A DNA stretch of 64,000 nt, from NCBI GenBank assembly GCA_963731615.1, contig CAVSWD010000005.1, positions 218,203 to 282,202 on the forward strand, in the 5' to 3' direction. This document shows positions 17,792 to 26,817 of this stretch, one piece after another. The DNA is from an uncultured Gaiellaceae bacterium. GTDB taxonomy: Bacteria > Actinomycetota > Thermoleophilia > Gaiellales > Gaiellaceae. A model generated the notes under the pieces. That model was not told the origin of the DNA. It searched no databases and was given only the letters and a program-made list of their open reading frames with translations. The position numbers were made by a program, and so were the translations under genes. Positions within the stretch are counted from its first letter, which is position 1, and each line of letters opens with the position of its first letter.

Positions 17792-19249
17792 TCAGAGCTG
17801 GAACGGGTTGATCGGCCGCGCGCCGGTGTTGACCGTGACGCTCTTCGTCTCGAGATAGAGATCGAGCGTCTCGACCCCGAGCTCGCGCCCGAAGCCCGAC
17901 TGCTTGTAGCCGCCGAACGGCAGGCCCGGGAACGCCGTGTACGGCATGTTGATCCCGACCGTGCCTGCCTTGATCCTGCTCGCGAGCCGGTGCCCGCGCG
18001 CGGGGTCGCCGGTCCAGACCGAGGCCATCAGCCCGTACTTGACGTCGTTCGCGATCCGGATCGCGTCCTTCTCGTCCGCGAACGGGATGATCGTGACGAC
18101 CGGCCCGAAGACCTCCTCCTGGGCGATCGTGGCCGAGTTCTCGATGCCCGCGACCACGGTCGGCGGGTAGAACGCATGCTCACCCGGCTCGCCTCCGAGC
18201 ACGACCTCGGCGCCCTCGCTGCGGGCGTCCTCGACGAACGAGTGCACGCGCTCCCGGTGCGCCTGCGAGATCAGCGAGCCCATCTGGGTCTCGGCATCGA
18301 GCGGGTCGCCCATCCGCACCGATCCGGCCTTGTCCGCGAACTGGGTGACGAACTCGTCGTAGAGCGGCTGCTCGACGAGGACACGCGAGCGCGCCTCGCA
18401 GCTCTGGCCGGCGGCGTAGTAGATCGACCACACCGCGCTCGGGATCGCAGAGTCGAGGTCGGCGTCGGCAAAGATGAGGTTCGGGCTCTTGCCGCCGAGC
18501 TCGAGCGTCAGCCGCTTGATCGGCTCGGAGCAGAGCCGCATGATCTCGCCGCCGGTCTTCGTCGAGCCCGTGAACGCGACCTTGTCGACGCCCGGATGCT
18601 TGACGAGGTAGGCGCCCGTCGTCGGCCCCTCAGCGGGGACGATGTTGATCGCGCCGGCCGGGAAGCCGACCTCGGCTGCGAGCTCGGCCAGCCGCAGCAC
18701 CGTCGCGGGCGTCTGCGGGTCGGGCTTGAGGACGACGGAGCAGCCGGCGGCGAGCGCGGGCGCCAGCTTCCACGTCGCCATCAGCAACGGGTAGTTCCAG
18801 GGCACGATCTGGCCCGCGACGCCGACGGGCTCCTTCAGCGTGTAGGAGAGCAGCGACCCGCCGATCGGATTCGACCGGCCGGCGATCGTGGCGATCGCAG
18901 AGGCGAAGAAGCGGAAGTGCTCGACGGCGCCGAAGAGCTCGGCCTTGGTCGACGAGATCGCCTTGCCGACGTTCCGCGATTCGAGCTCGCTCAGCTCCTT
19001 GCGGTTCGCGGCGAGCGCATCGGCGAGCGCGTGCAGCAGGCGTGAGCGCTCGTTCCCGGGCGTCTTGCCCCAGTCGCCGTCCAGCGCGGCTCGGGCGGCC
19101 TCGACGGCACGGTCGATCTCGGCCTCGCCGGCGAGCTGCGCGGTCCCGAGCGGCTCGCCCGACGCGGGCTCGACCAGATCCCGGGTCGATGAGCCCTCGA
19201 CGGTCTCGCCGTTGATGTAGAGCCCGAACTCGCGCGTCGCGACAGCCAC
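17792..19249 (-). CDS. NAD(P)-dependent aldehyde dehydrogenase
   Basis: 485 aa intact; ELGGKSP and catalytic region AGQSCEA. Confidence 0.9.
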   Translation of the reverse strand: MAVATREFGLYINGETVEGSSTRDLVEPASGEPLGTAQLAGEAEIDRAVEAARAALDGDWGKTPGNERSRLLHALADALAANRKELSELESRNVGKAISSTKAELFGAVEHFRFFASAIATIAGRSNPIGGSLLSYTLKEPVGVAGQIVPWNYPLLMATWKLAPALAAGCSVVLKPDPQTPATVLRLAELAAEVGFPAGAINIVPAEGPTTGAYLVKHPGVDKVAFTGSTKTGGEIMRLCSEPIKRLTLELGGKSPNLIFADADLDSAIPSAVWSIYYAAGQSCEARSRVLVEQPLYDEFVTQFADKAGSVRMGDPLDAETQMGSLISQAHRERVHSFVEDARSEGAEVVLGGEPGEHAFYPPTVVAGIENSATIAQEEVFGPVVTIIPFADEKDAIRIANDVKYGLMASVWTGDPARGHRLASRIKAGTVGINMPYTAFPGLPFGGYKQSGFGRELGVETLDLYLETKSVTVNTGARPINPFQL

Positions 19250-19262
19250 GGCCGGAATCTAT

Positions 19263-19730
19263 CTAGATGGGGCGCCGCGGCGCGCGGGGCGGCGGCAGCT
19301 TGCCCGGCCTCTTGCCGAGGTGCGGGAGGGAGTCGAGCTTCGGGTACGGCTTCACGCTCTCCTGCCCGGCCGGATCCGTCCGCGCCACCAGCGCGACGGC
19401 CTCGGTGTCGGTGTAGTTCGCGACGACGTGCGGCAGACCCGGCGGGACAAAGACGAAGTCGCCCGGGCGCGCGGTGACGTGCTTGAGCATCTCCTCGCCG
19501 AACCACGTCACGATCTCGCCTTCGAGCACGTACGCGGCGGACTCGTGCTCGCCGTGCGAATGCGCGGCAGAGACGAAGCCGGGCTGGATGCGCAGGAGCT
19601 GCAGGGCCAGCTGCTGTGAGCCGACCGTCTCAGCGACGACTCCGGCGAGGTAGTCGAAGCCGGCGGCGCCCTCCTGCGGATCGGCCGGACGGATGACCCG
19701 GACGTTGCTGAGGCTGCTGACGCTGCTCAT
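19263..19730 (-). CDS. Cupin domain protein
   Basis: [17 protein letters not shown]...[12 protein letters not shown] overlaps the thiolase stop (ATGA). Confidence 0.75.
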   Translation of the reverse strand: MSSVSSLSNVRVIRPADPQEGAAGFDYLAGVVAETVGSQQLALQLLRIQPGFVSAAHSHGEHESAAYVLEGEIVTWFGEEMLKHVTARPGDFVFVPPGLPHVVANYTDTEAVALVARTDPAGQESVKPYPKLDSLPHLGKRPGKLPPPRAPRRPI

Positions 19731-20885
19731 CGTTCGAAGAGAACCGCCTGACCCTGGCCGACGCCGACGCACATTGTCGCCAAACCGTAGCGGCCGCCGC
19801 GCCGGCGCAGCTCGTGCAGCAGCGTCACGACCAGGCGGGCGCCGCTCATTCCGAGCGGATGGCCGATCGCGATCGCGCCGCCGTTCACGTTCACCTTCTC
19901 TTCGTCGAGACCGAGCTCCCGCACCACCGCGAGACTCTGCGACGCGAACGCTTCGTTCAGCTCGACGAGATCGAGGTCGCCGACGCCGATCCCGGCTCGG
20001 TCGAGCAGCTTGCGGACGGCGGGCACCGGCCCGATGCCCATCACGCGCGGGTCGACGCCGGCCACCGCACTGGCGACGAACGCACCGAGCGGGTCGGCGC
20101 CGAGCAGCCGGGCCTTCTCCTCGGAGGCGAGCACGAGCGCGGCAGCCCCGTCGTTGAGACCGCTCGAGTTGCCCGCGGTCACGGTTCCGTGCTCGCGGAA
20201 GGCCGGCTTCAGCGTCGCGAGCTTCCCGGCCGTCGTGTCGGGGCGCGGATGCTCGTCTCGCTCGAGGCCGCCCGCCGGCACGAGTTCGTCGGCGAAGTCC
20301 GACTCGGCCCAGCGCTGCTGCGAGCGGAGCGCGAACGCGTCCTGCTCCTCCCGGGACACTTCCCAGCGCTCGGCGACGTTCTCCCCCGTCTCGCCCATCG
20401 CCTCGAGCGGGAACATCGCCTCGAGCGCCGGGATTCGGGAAGCGCCAGCCCAGCGTCGTGTCGTACATCGTCCGGTCGCCGCGCGGAAAGGCGGCGTCGG
20501 GCTTCGCGGTGACGAGCGGCGCCCGGCTCATCGACTCGACGCCGCCGGCGACGAACAGGTCGCCGTCGCCCGCGACGATCGCGTGGCAGGCGCCGACGAC
20601 GGCCGAGAGCCCGGACGCGCAGAGCCGGTTGACGGTGACGCCCGCGACCGACTCGGGCAGCCCCGCGAGCAGGGCGGCCATCCGCGCGACGTTGCGGTTG
20701 TCCTCGCCCGCCTGGTTCGCGCAGCCGAGGTAGACATCCTCGATCTCGCCCGGCTCGACCCCGGCTCGCTCGACCGCTGCAGCGACCGCGATCGCGGCGA
20801 GGTCGTCGGGCCGCACCGCCGCGAGCCCGCCGCCGTACCGGCCGACGGGAGTTCGGACGGCCGAGAGGACGACCGCCCGCATCAC
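19727..20885 (-). CDS. Acetyl-CoA C-acetyltransferase (thiolase); frameshift near 20430
   Basis: NRLCASGL, ...GWRFPNP|[19 protein letters not shown]..., [28 protein letters not shown]. Confidence 0.85.
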
Positions 20886-21703
20886 ACGTAGTCGAGCCGG
20901 ACCGGCTCGGGAAACGCGCCGATCTCGTCGCCGCGGCGAAGGAGCTCCTCCACGGCCCTGCGCCCCTCATCGCCGTAGTCGCACGTGAGCTCGTTGACGT
21001 ACATGCCGACGAACTGGTCCGCGGTCTTGGGGTCGATGCCACGGCCGAACCGCATCGCGTAGCGCATCGCCTCGCGGCGGTTGGCGAGGCCGGCCTGGAT
21101 CGATTCGAGCAGCACGGCCGAGAGGTCGTTCAGGCGCTCGCCGAGGTCACGGCGGGCGACGTTGACCCCGAGCGGCAGCGGCAAGCCGGTCTCGAGCAGC
21201 CACCACTCGCCGAGATCGAGCACCTTGTGGAGCCCGCGCTCCCCAAACGTGAGCTGGCCCTCGTGGATCACGAGCCCCGCGTCGGCCCGGCCGGACGCGA
21301 CCTCGTCGAGGATCTGGTCGAACGGAACCTCGCGGTGGCCGAACTCGCCCAGCGCAAGGCGGAGGGTCAGGAACGCCGTTGTCATCCGGCCGGGCACGAC
21401 GATCTCGGCGTAGCGCAGCTGCTCGAGCGCCAGCGGCTCGCGCGCGACGAGGATCGGCCCATAGCCCGAGCCGATGCTGGCCCCGTGCGGCAGCAACGCG
21501 TAGCGGTTCTGCACGAACGGGTACGCGTGCAGCGAGATCGCCGTCACCTCGAGCCGACCGTCGAGCGCCCACTCGTTCAGGGTCTGGATGTCCTGCAGCA
21601 CCTGCTCGAACGTGAACCCGCGCGTGTCGATCGCCCCCGCGGCGATCGCCCAGAACATGAACGCGTCGTCCGGATCCGGGCTGTGGCCGAGCTTGACCAG
21701 CAT
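20882..21703 (-). CDS. MqnA/MqnD/SBP-fold family protein (futalosine-pathway-like)
   Basis: 273 aa, [15 protein letters not shown]...VIHEGQLTF.... Confidence 0.7.
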   Translation of the reverse strand: MLVKLGHSPDPDDAFMFWAIAAGAIDTRGFTFEQVLQDIQTLNEWALDGRLEVTAISLHAYPFVQNRYALLPHGASIGSGYGPILVAREPLALEQLRYAEIVVPGRMTTAFLTLRLALGEFGHREVPFDQILDEVASGRADAGLVIHEGQLTFGERGLHKVLDLGEWWLLETGLPLPLGVNVARRDLGERLNDLSAVLLESIQAGLANRREAMRYAMRFGRGIDPKTADQFVGMYVNELTCDYGDEGRRAVEELLRRGDEIGAFPEPVRLDYV

Positions 21704-21736
21704 GGGGCGAGGCTAGCACCGGCCTAGACTAGGGCT

Positions 21737-22198
21737 GTGACGAAGGTCGACCTGAGCGACTCGATCCAGGACTACCTGAAGGAGATCTACAAGCTGGGGC
21801 TCGAGAGCGAGCGGGTGTCGACGTCTGCGCTTGCGCGGAGGCAGCAGGTCTCGGACGCGTCGGCGAGCGCAATGGTGAAGAAGCTCGCGGCGCTCGGGCT
21901 CGCCGAGCACGCGCCCTATCGCGGCGTCACGCTCACACACGCCGGCGAGCAGGTGGCGATCGAGGTGATCCGGCACCACCGGCTGCTCGAGCTCTATCTC
22001 GCGGAGACGCTCGGAATCAGCGTCGACGACGTCCACGACGAGGCCGACCGGCTCGAGCACGCCCTCTCGGAGGAGCTCGAGGCGCGGATCGACCGGGCGC
22101 TCGGCTTCCCCACGCACGATCCGCACGGCGATCCGATCCCGGACGCCAACCTCGAGTGGCCGAAGGAGGCGCCGGTCGAGGGCGGGAAGACCGGCTAG
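21737..22198 (+). CDS. DtxR/MntR-family metal-dependent transcriptional regulator
   Basis: IQDYLKEIYKL, wHTH, HRLLELYL, HDPHGDPIP. Confidence 0.85.
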   Translation: MTKVDLSDSIQDYLKEIYKLGLESERVSTSALARRQQVSDASASAMVKKLAALGLAEHAPYRGVTLTHAGEQVAIEVIRHHRLLELYLAETLGISVDDVHDEADRLEHALSEELEARIDRALGFPTHDPHGDPIPDANLEWPKEAPVEGGKTG

Positions 22199-22208
22199 CC
22201 CAGCCGAG

Positions 22209-22559
22209 TCAGCCCAGCCAGGCGAGCAGCAGGATCCCGATCGCGCCGAGCGCGGCGAGCCCCACCGCGACCGCGTTGACGACGAGCAGGATCAGGAGCG
22301 CCCGAGACGGCCCGGAGTCGCCCTGCGCGAGCCGAGGCCGGCGAGGCTGGTCGGCCGCACCGTTCTCGCTTCTCCAGCCGATCGCGCTCGCCAGTGTGCC
22401 GGTGATGAACTGGTTCAGGCTCGTGCCGTCGCGCTCGGCCGCTTCGGTCAGGGCACCGTGCAGGCTGCGCGGCATCCGCAGGAGCAGACGGCCGCTCGGC
22501 GTGGACGGTTCGCTGGAGCCGGCCTCAGGAGGCGCGGCCCGACGGCTCGAGACGCTCAC
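22209..22559 (-). CDS. Ribbon-helix-helix (HicB-antitoxin-like) domain protein with C-terminal transmembrane helix
   Basis: LLLRMPRSLHGALTEAAERDGTSLNQFI (RHH-like), then a linker and ALLILLVVNAVAVGLAALGAIGILLLAWL. Confidence 0.55.
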   Translation of the reverse strand: MSVSSRRAAPPEAGSSEPSTPSGRLLLRMPRSLHGALTEAAERDGTSLNQFITGTLASAIGWRSENGAADQPRRPRLAQGDSGPSRALLILLVVNAVAVGLAALGAIGILLLAWLG

Positions 22560-22576
22560 TCACCGAGTGTAGGACG

Positions 22577-22602
22577 AAAAAATACGCTGCACAACGCAGT
22601 AT
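22577..22602 (-). terminator. Intrinsic-terminator-like hairpin followed by the only T6 run I noticed, immediately after the sigma gene stop
   Basis: Minus strand reads AUACUGC-GUUGU-GCA(GC)GUAU-UUUUUU. The stem is short and imperfect. Confidence 0.45.
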
Positions 22603-23165
22603 CACGCCACGCGTTGCCCGAGCTCGCGCCCCAAACGCCCGAGCGAGTCCCTGAGCAGGCGCGAAACGTGGACCTGCGAGATTCCCAGCTGAGCAGCGAT
22701 TCGACGCTGGCTGAGGTCGCCGTAGTAGCGCAGCTGAACGACGCGACGCTCCCGCTCCGGCAGCGAACGGAGGCCTCGCGACACGAGCGCGCGGGCCTCG
22801 CTCCTCGCAAGTCCTTCCTCACCGCTGTCATCCGAGTGTGAGCCGGCTGCGGCCTCGAGCGGAAGCGGGAACCGAGCCGGGGTCGCCTCCTCACCGGCAC
22901 TGCGCGGAATGCGAATCAGCGTCGATCGGTCGCGCAGGTGCCGCTGGATCTCGCCGGCGATCGTCGGCGCGGCGTAGGCCCCCACGGTCACGCCGCGCCG
23001 AGGATCGAACCGGTCGACCGCCTTGATCAGCCCGACTGCGCCGACCTGCACGAGGTCCTCCAACGACTCGCCGCGATGGGCGAAACGCTGTGCGATCGTC
23101 CGCACGAGCGGAAGGTGCTCTTCGATCAGCAGTCTGCGGGTCTCCTGCGCGGTCGCCGTAGCCAT
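22602..23165 (-). CDS. RNA polymerase sigma factor, SigB/F/G subfamily (187 aa)
   Basis: LVRTIAQRF..GESLEDLVQVGAVGLIKAVDRFDP, IAGEIQRHLRD (region 2), QRRIAAQLGISQVHVSRL (region 4). Confidence 0.85.
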   Translation of the reverse strand: MATATAQETRRLLIEEHLPLVRTIAQRFAHRGESLEDLVQVGAVGLIKAVDRFDPRRGVTVGAYAAPTIAGEIQRHLRDRSTLIRIPRSAGEEATPARFPLPLEAAAGSHSDDSGEEGLARSEARALVSRGLRSLPERERRVVQLRYYGDLSQRRIAAQLGISQVHVSRLLRDSLGRLGRELGQRVA

Positions 23166-23273
23166 ACGTCGACTCTACGCCTTACAGCACTCGATTGCCA
23201 AGTCGTTGTTTCGTTCCGTCTTGTGCACGTCGTCTGCTAATGCTTCACGAATTGGCTCAACTATTACCTAGGT

Positions 23274-23279
23274 GGGTAT
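23274..23279 (+). promoter_or_regulatory. GGGTAT hexamer (SigB/SigF-type -10 consensus) 13 nt upstream of the ATG at 23292; near-leaderless transcript implied
   Basis: Read directly, inside the only clearly lower-GC intergenic stretch of the locus (23170-23290). The -35 match is weak (GGCTCA, 14-nt spacer). Confidence 0.35.
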
Positions 23280-23291
23280 TTCCTCTCCAGG

Positions 23292-24550
23292 ATGCATCGG
23301 CAGTCTCTACCGGGGCACGGACTCCGGATCGCCGTCGCAGTCCTCGTCAGCCTGGCGGTCGCCCCCGCTGCAGGCGCCGAGGACGGCGTGCCGGTGCTCG
23401 TAGACCCGATCGCGATGACAACCGCGATCGTCGAAGCATCCCTCGCCGGAGTCCCAGAGCTGCCACTCGAGAGCACGCTGCCCGCAGAACCTCCGGCAGC
23501 GACGGTTCCTGAGGCTGTGGCGGCGGCGGCGGAGCCGATTCCGGCTCAGGAGCCGCAGCCAACGCCGCCGCCGCCACAGCCTCAGGTGCCCGACCCCGAA
23601 ACCGCTCTGGAGGAGCTCAGCCCGCCGCTGGAGCCGGATCTCGCGCCGGTCGAGGAGCCGCAGTATCAGCCCGAGCCGCCGCAGTATCAGCCGCCGGAGC
23701 CCGTCACCGCTCCCGTTGCCGCTCCGCCGCCGCCGGAAGCGGCCGAGGAGGAGTGGACGTGGGACTGGTCGTGGAGCTGCGGCGATGCCCCGGCCCAGCT
23801 TCCGGCGGTCAAAGGAGACAATCTCCCTGATACCTGGAACTGGAACTGGGCTTGGAACTGCGGCGGTTCAGGGCCAACGCTGGCGAATAACGAAACGGAA
23901 AAGACGACGCAGTATCAACCCGCGCTTACGCAGTATCATCCGATCAATGTCAACGTATCGATTCGGATCGCCAGCCCGGGTGACGACGGGCCGGTGACCC
24001 AGACGAATGTCGTCGTCCTCGTCGAGGCGCCGACGCTCGGGCTGACGGCCCAAACACCTGTCGCGACCGCAGCCGTGCCCCCGGCCGGGCCTCCTGAACC
24101 GCCCCAAGCCGTCCCGGACGGGGACCAGCGCCCGCAGCTGCGGAGCCCGCGACTCAGCCGGCCGCCAAACCCGCGGCCGCAGGCGCCAAAGCCGAACCGA
24201 AGACCATGCTTGCCTCCGCGCAGAACCTCGCACCGGCGGAGGCCACCCCCTGGAGCGCCCGGCCCGCCACGCCGAAGCGGCTCCAGCGCACCACCCAGGA
24301 AGCCCATCGCAACCGCCCGCAGGTCCGGCGGCCCACCCGGCGTCCACTGCCCCCGACAAGGGCGCCGATGATCCCGGTGAGCTCCGCCGGCGCAGCCCCA
24401 CTGGGCGGCGTCGACGGTGGTGGCTTCCAGCTGGCCCTCCTACTCGTTCCGTTCGCGTTCGCGCTCGTCGACAGCGCGCGCCGGGTGGTCCGAGACACCG
24501 CGCCGCCGGTGGGGAGAGGCCATAAGAAGCGGCGGAAGCGCCCCGGCTGA
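23292..24550 (+). CDS. Secreted Pro-rich protein with twin WxWxWxWxCG motifs, one fibre-type repeat unit, C-terminal TM anchor and basic tail; frameshift near 24120
   Basis: Signal peptide ...AVAPAAGA; EEWTWDWSWSCG and DTWNWNWAWNCGG; TQYHPINVNVSIRIASPGDDGPVTQTNVVVLV; C-terminal FQLALLLVPFAFALV...GHKKRRKRPG in a second frame. Confidence 0.65.
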
Positions 24551-24622
24551 CCGCGGTCCTCTCTCCCGATCAACGGGGCTCAGACGCCCCGTATCCACTG
24601 ACACTTGGAAGGAGAAGGATCG

Positions 24623-26690
24623 ATGAGACGCACACTCGCGGTACTCGCCGCGGTCGTGCTCGGGCTCCTCGGGAGCGCCGGGCAGGCGTCGGCGAGCGAT
24701 CCGGGAGGCTCTGCCGAACAGGCGGCCGCACAGGCCGGAGCCAGCGCTCAATCGGCTCTGGCACTGGCGGGCGCGCTGCAGGGCAACCCGAGCAACGCAA
24801 ACACCGCCATCAAGGTGCTGAGCCCCGGCAACGCCGGCTCCGTCAACCAGTCGAACACCGTCATCGCCGGCTCCGTGGCCGCGAACGGCAACTCGACGAA
24901 TCAGACGGCAAGCCAGACGCAGGCAGGCGGCTCGGGCACGCAGACGGCGGGCCAGATCGCAGGCAACGAGCAGTCCGCGGCCAGCGACGCCGACGCAACG
25001 CAGTACGGAGCCGAGAATCAGAACATCGACGTCCGGGTCTTGAGCCCCGGCAACAGCGGCTCCGTGACCCAGAGCAACACCGTGCTCGCCGGCTCGCTGG
25101 CGGCGAACGTGAACGAGACGAAGCAGGGAGCGATACAGACCCAGGGTGGCGGCCCGGGCTCAGGCTCCCAGACGGTCGGGCAGGCGGCAGCGAACGAGCA
25201 GGACGCCTGGGCCGACTCGAAGGCGACCCAGCACGGCGCGAAGAACAAGAACATCTCCGTTCGCGTTCTCAGCGACGGGAACGACGGGGACGTCAACCAG
25301 TCGAACACGGTCGCGGGACTCGCGGCCGCGCTCAACGGCAACGCGACGGGTCAGACCGCATCGCAGAGCCAGGCCGGCGGTGGTACGCAGGCCGCGCTCC
25401 AGGGCGCGACGAGCAAGCAGAAGGCGGGGAGCTCCGCCGACGCCAAGCAGCACGGGGCGTCGAACGAGAACATCGCCGTCCGCGTGCTCAGCCCGGGCAA
25501 CGGCGGCTCCGTGCACCAGTCGAACACCGTTCTCGCCGGCTCGCTGGCGCTGAACGGGAACCACACGTCGCAAGCCGCCAACCAGGTGCAGGGCGGCGGG
25601 TACGGCGGCTCGAATCAGCAGGTGGCAGGCCAGGCGGCCACGAACGACCAGGACGCCGACGCCTACTCGGACGCCGACCAGCATGGCGCGTCGAACACGA
25701 ACCTGCCGATCCGGGTGCTCAGCGACGGGAACGACGGTGACGTCAGCCAGTCGAACACGGTGGCCGGGATCGCCGCCGCGCTCAACGGCAACGCGACGAC
25801 GCAGTCCGCATCGCAGAGCCCAGGCAGGCGCACCCGCGCCCATGCCTGTCCTCGTTCCGTACGACGACCACAAGGTCGTCCCGAAGGACGCGGGAACGGG
25901 CGTGCAGGCGCTGGGGCAGATCGCGCAGAACACGCAGGACGCCGACGCTGTCTCGACCGCCTCGCAGGAGCACGTCTCGAACACGAGCGCTCCCGTGCGG
26001 ATCGGCAGCGCCGGCAACGACGGCTCGACCACCCAGGCGAACACGGTTCTCTCGCTCGGGATCGCGGCCAACGGCAACAAGACGTACCAGGGGGCAACAC
26101 AGAACCAGGCCGGCTCCGGTGGGACGCTCGTGCAGGCGTCTGGGCAGATCGCCCAGAGCAAGCAGGACGCACTCGCCTGTGCCGACGCTGAGCAGAAGGG
26201 CGCCAAGAACGAGAGCACGCCCGTCCGCGTCTTCAGCGACGGCGCTGCCGGCTCGACGAGCCAGTCGAACACCGCGGCCGCGATCGCTGCCGCGCTGAAC
26301 GGCAACTCCACCGGCCAGTCGCTCGGCCAGTCGCAGGCCGGCTCTCCCGGCTCGACGCTGGTTCAGGCATCAGGCCAGGCCGCGGGGAACCACCAGACAG
26401 CGGCCGACAAGGCCGACGCGAAGCAGTACGGCGCCTCGAATCAGAGCACGCCTGTCCGCATCGGTCACGAGCGGCGCAAGCCGTGTGAGCAGCAGCCGCG
26501 CTGCGAGGACAAGCGGCCGGCCGAGCCGTGCCGCACGTGCGCACCCCGGAAGCCCGACTACGACGAGTGCAAGCGTCCGGTCGAGCCGAAGCCGTGCGAA
26601 CGACGCAAGCCGGTGATCGAGCGGTGCAATCCGTGCGATCGGCGGCCCAAGGAAGCGACCCCGAAGTGGAGGTATGCAGACGAGAGGTAG
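24623..26690 (+). CDS. Secreted Q/N/G/S/A-rich protein with 7.5 repeats and a Cys/Pro/Lys/Arg/Glu-rich C-terminal tail (no family assigned); frameshift near 25820
   Basis: AGGAG SD; signal peptide MRRTLAVLAAVVLGLLGSAGQASA; repeat core N.N[IL].VRVLS[PD]GN.G.V.QSNTV......A.NGN.T.Q.A.Q.Q.GG; tail RKPCEQQPRCEDKRPAEPCRTCAPRKPDYDECKRPVEPKPCERRKPVIERCNPCDRRPKE. Confidence 0.75.
24780..26480 (+). repeat. Tandem in-frame coding repeats, periods 219-231 nt (one unit 286 nt), 7.5 copies
   Basis: The VR[VI] landmark codons recur at 24809, 25031, 25259, 25478, 25709, 25995, 26223 and 26454. Units 3 and 5 are nearly identical at DNA level. Confidence 0.8.
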
Positions 26691-26817
26691 AGCGACCTGA
26701 ACGTGCTTCCGCAGGCGGGTGCGCGCGCCCGCCTGCGGAGGCAGAACTCGGCTCCGTTGACACGAAATCGGCGCAGTACTACCGTCGAAGCAGGGAAAAC
26801 GACCAAGGGCGGCCGCA

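Noticed and set aside
21704-21736. Possible DtxR/IdeR box upstream of the DtxR-family gene (CGAGGCTAGCACCGGCCTA)
   Set aside because: Only about 10/19 positions match the TWAGGTWAGSCTWACCTWA consensus. The left half-site is good, but the right half is essentially absent.
25160-26311. 383-aa minus-strand ORF and other antisense ORFs across the repeat region
   Set aside because: They are the complement of the repeat-protein gene. Only the plus-strand frame has an SD, a signal peptide and periodic conserved motifs.
24780-26480. Tandem repeats considered as a CRISPR array or non-coding satellite
   Set aside because: The units are 219-286 nt, diverged, have no repeat/spacer alternation, and stay in one reading frame with amino-acid-level conservation. 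They are coding repeats.
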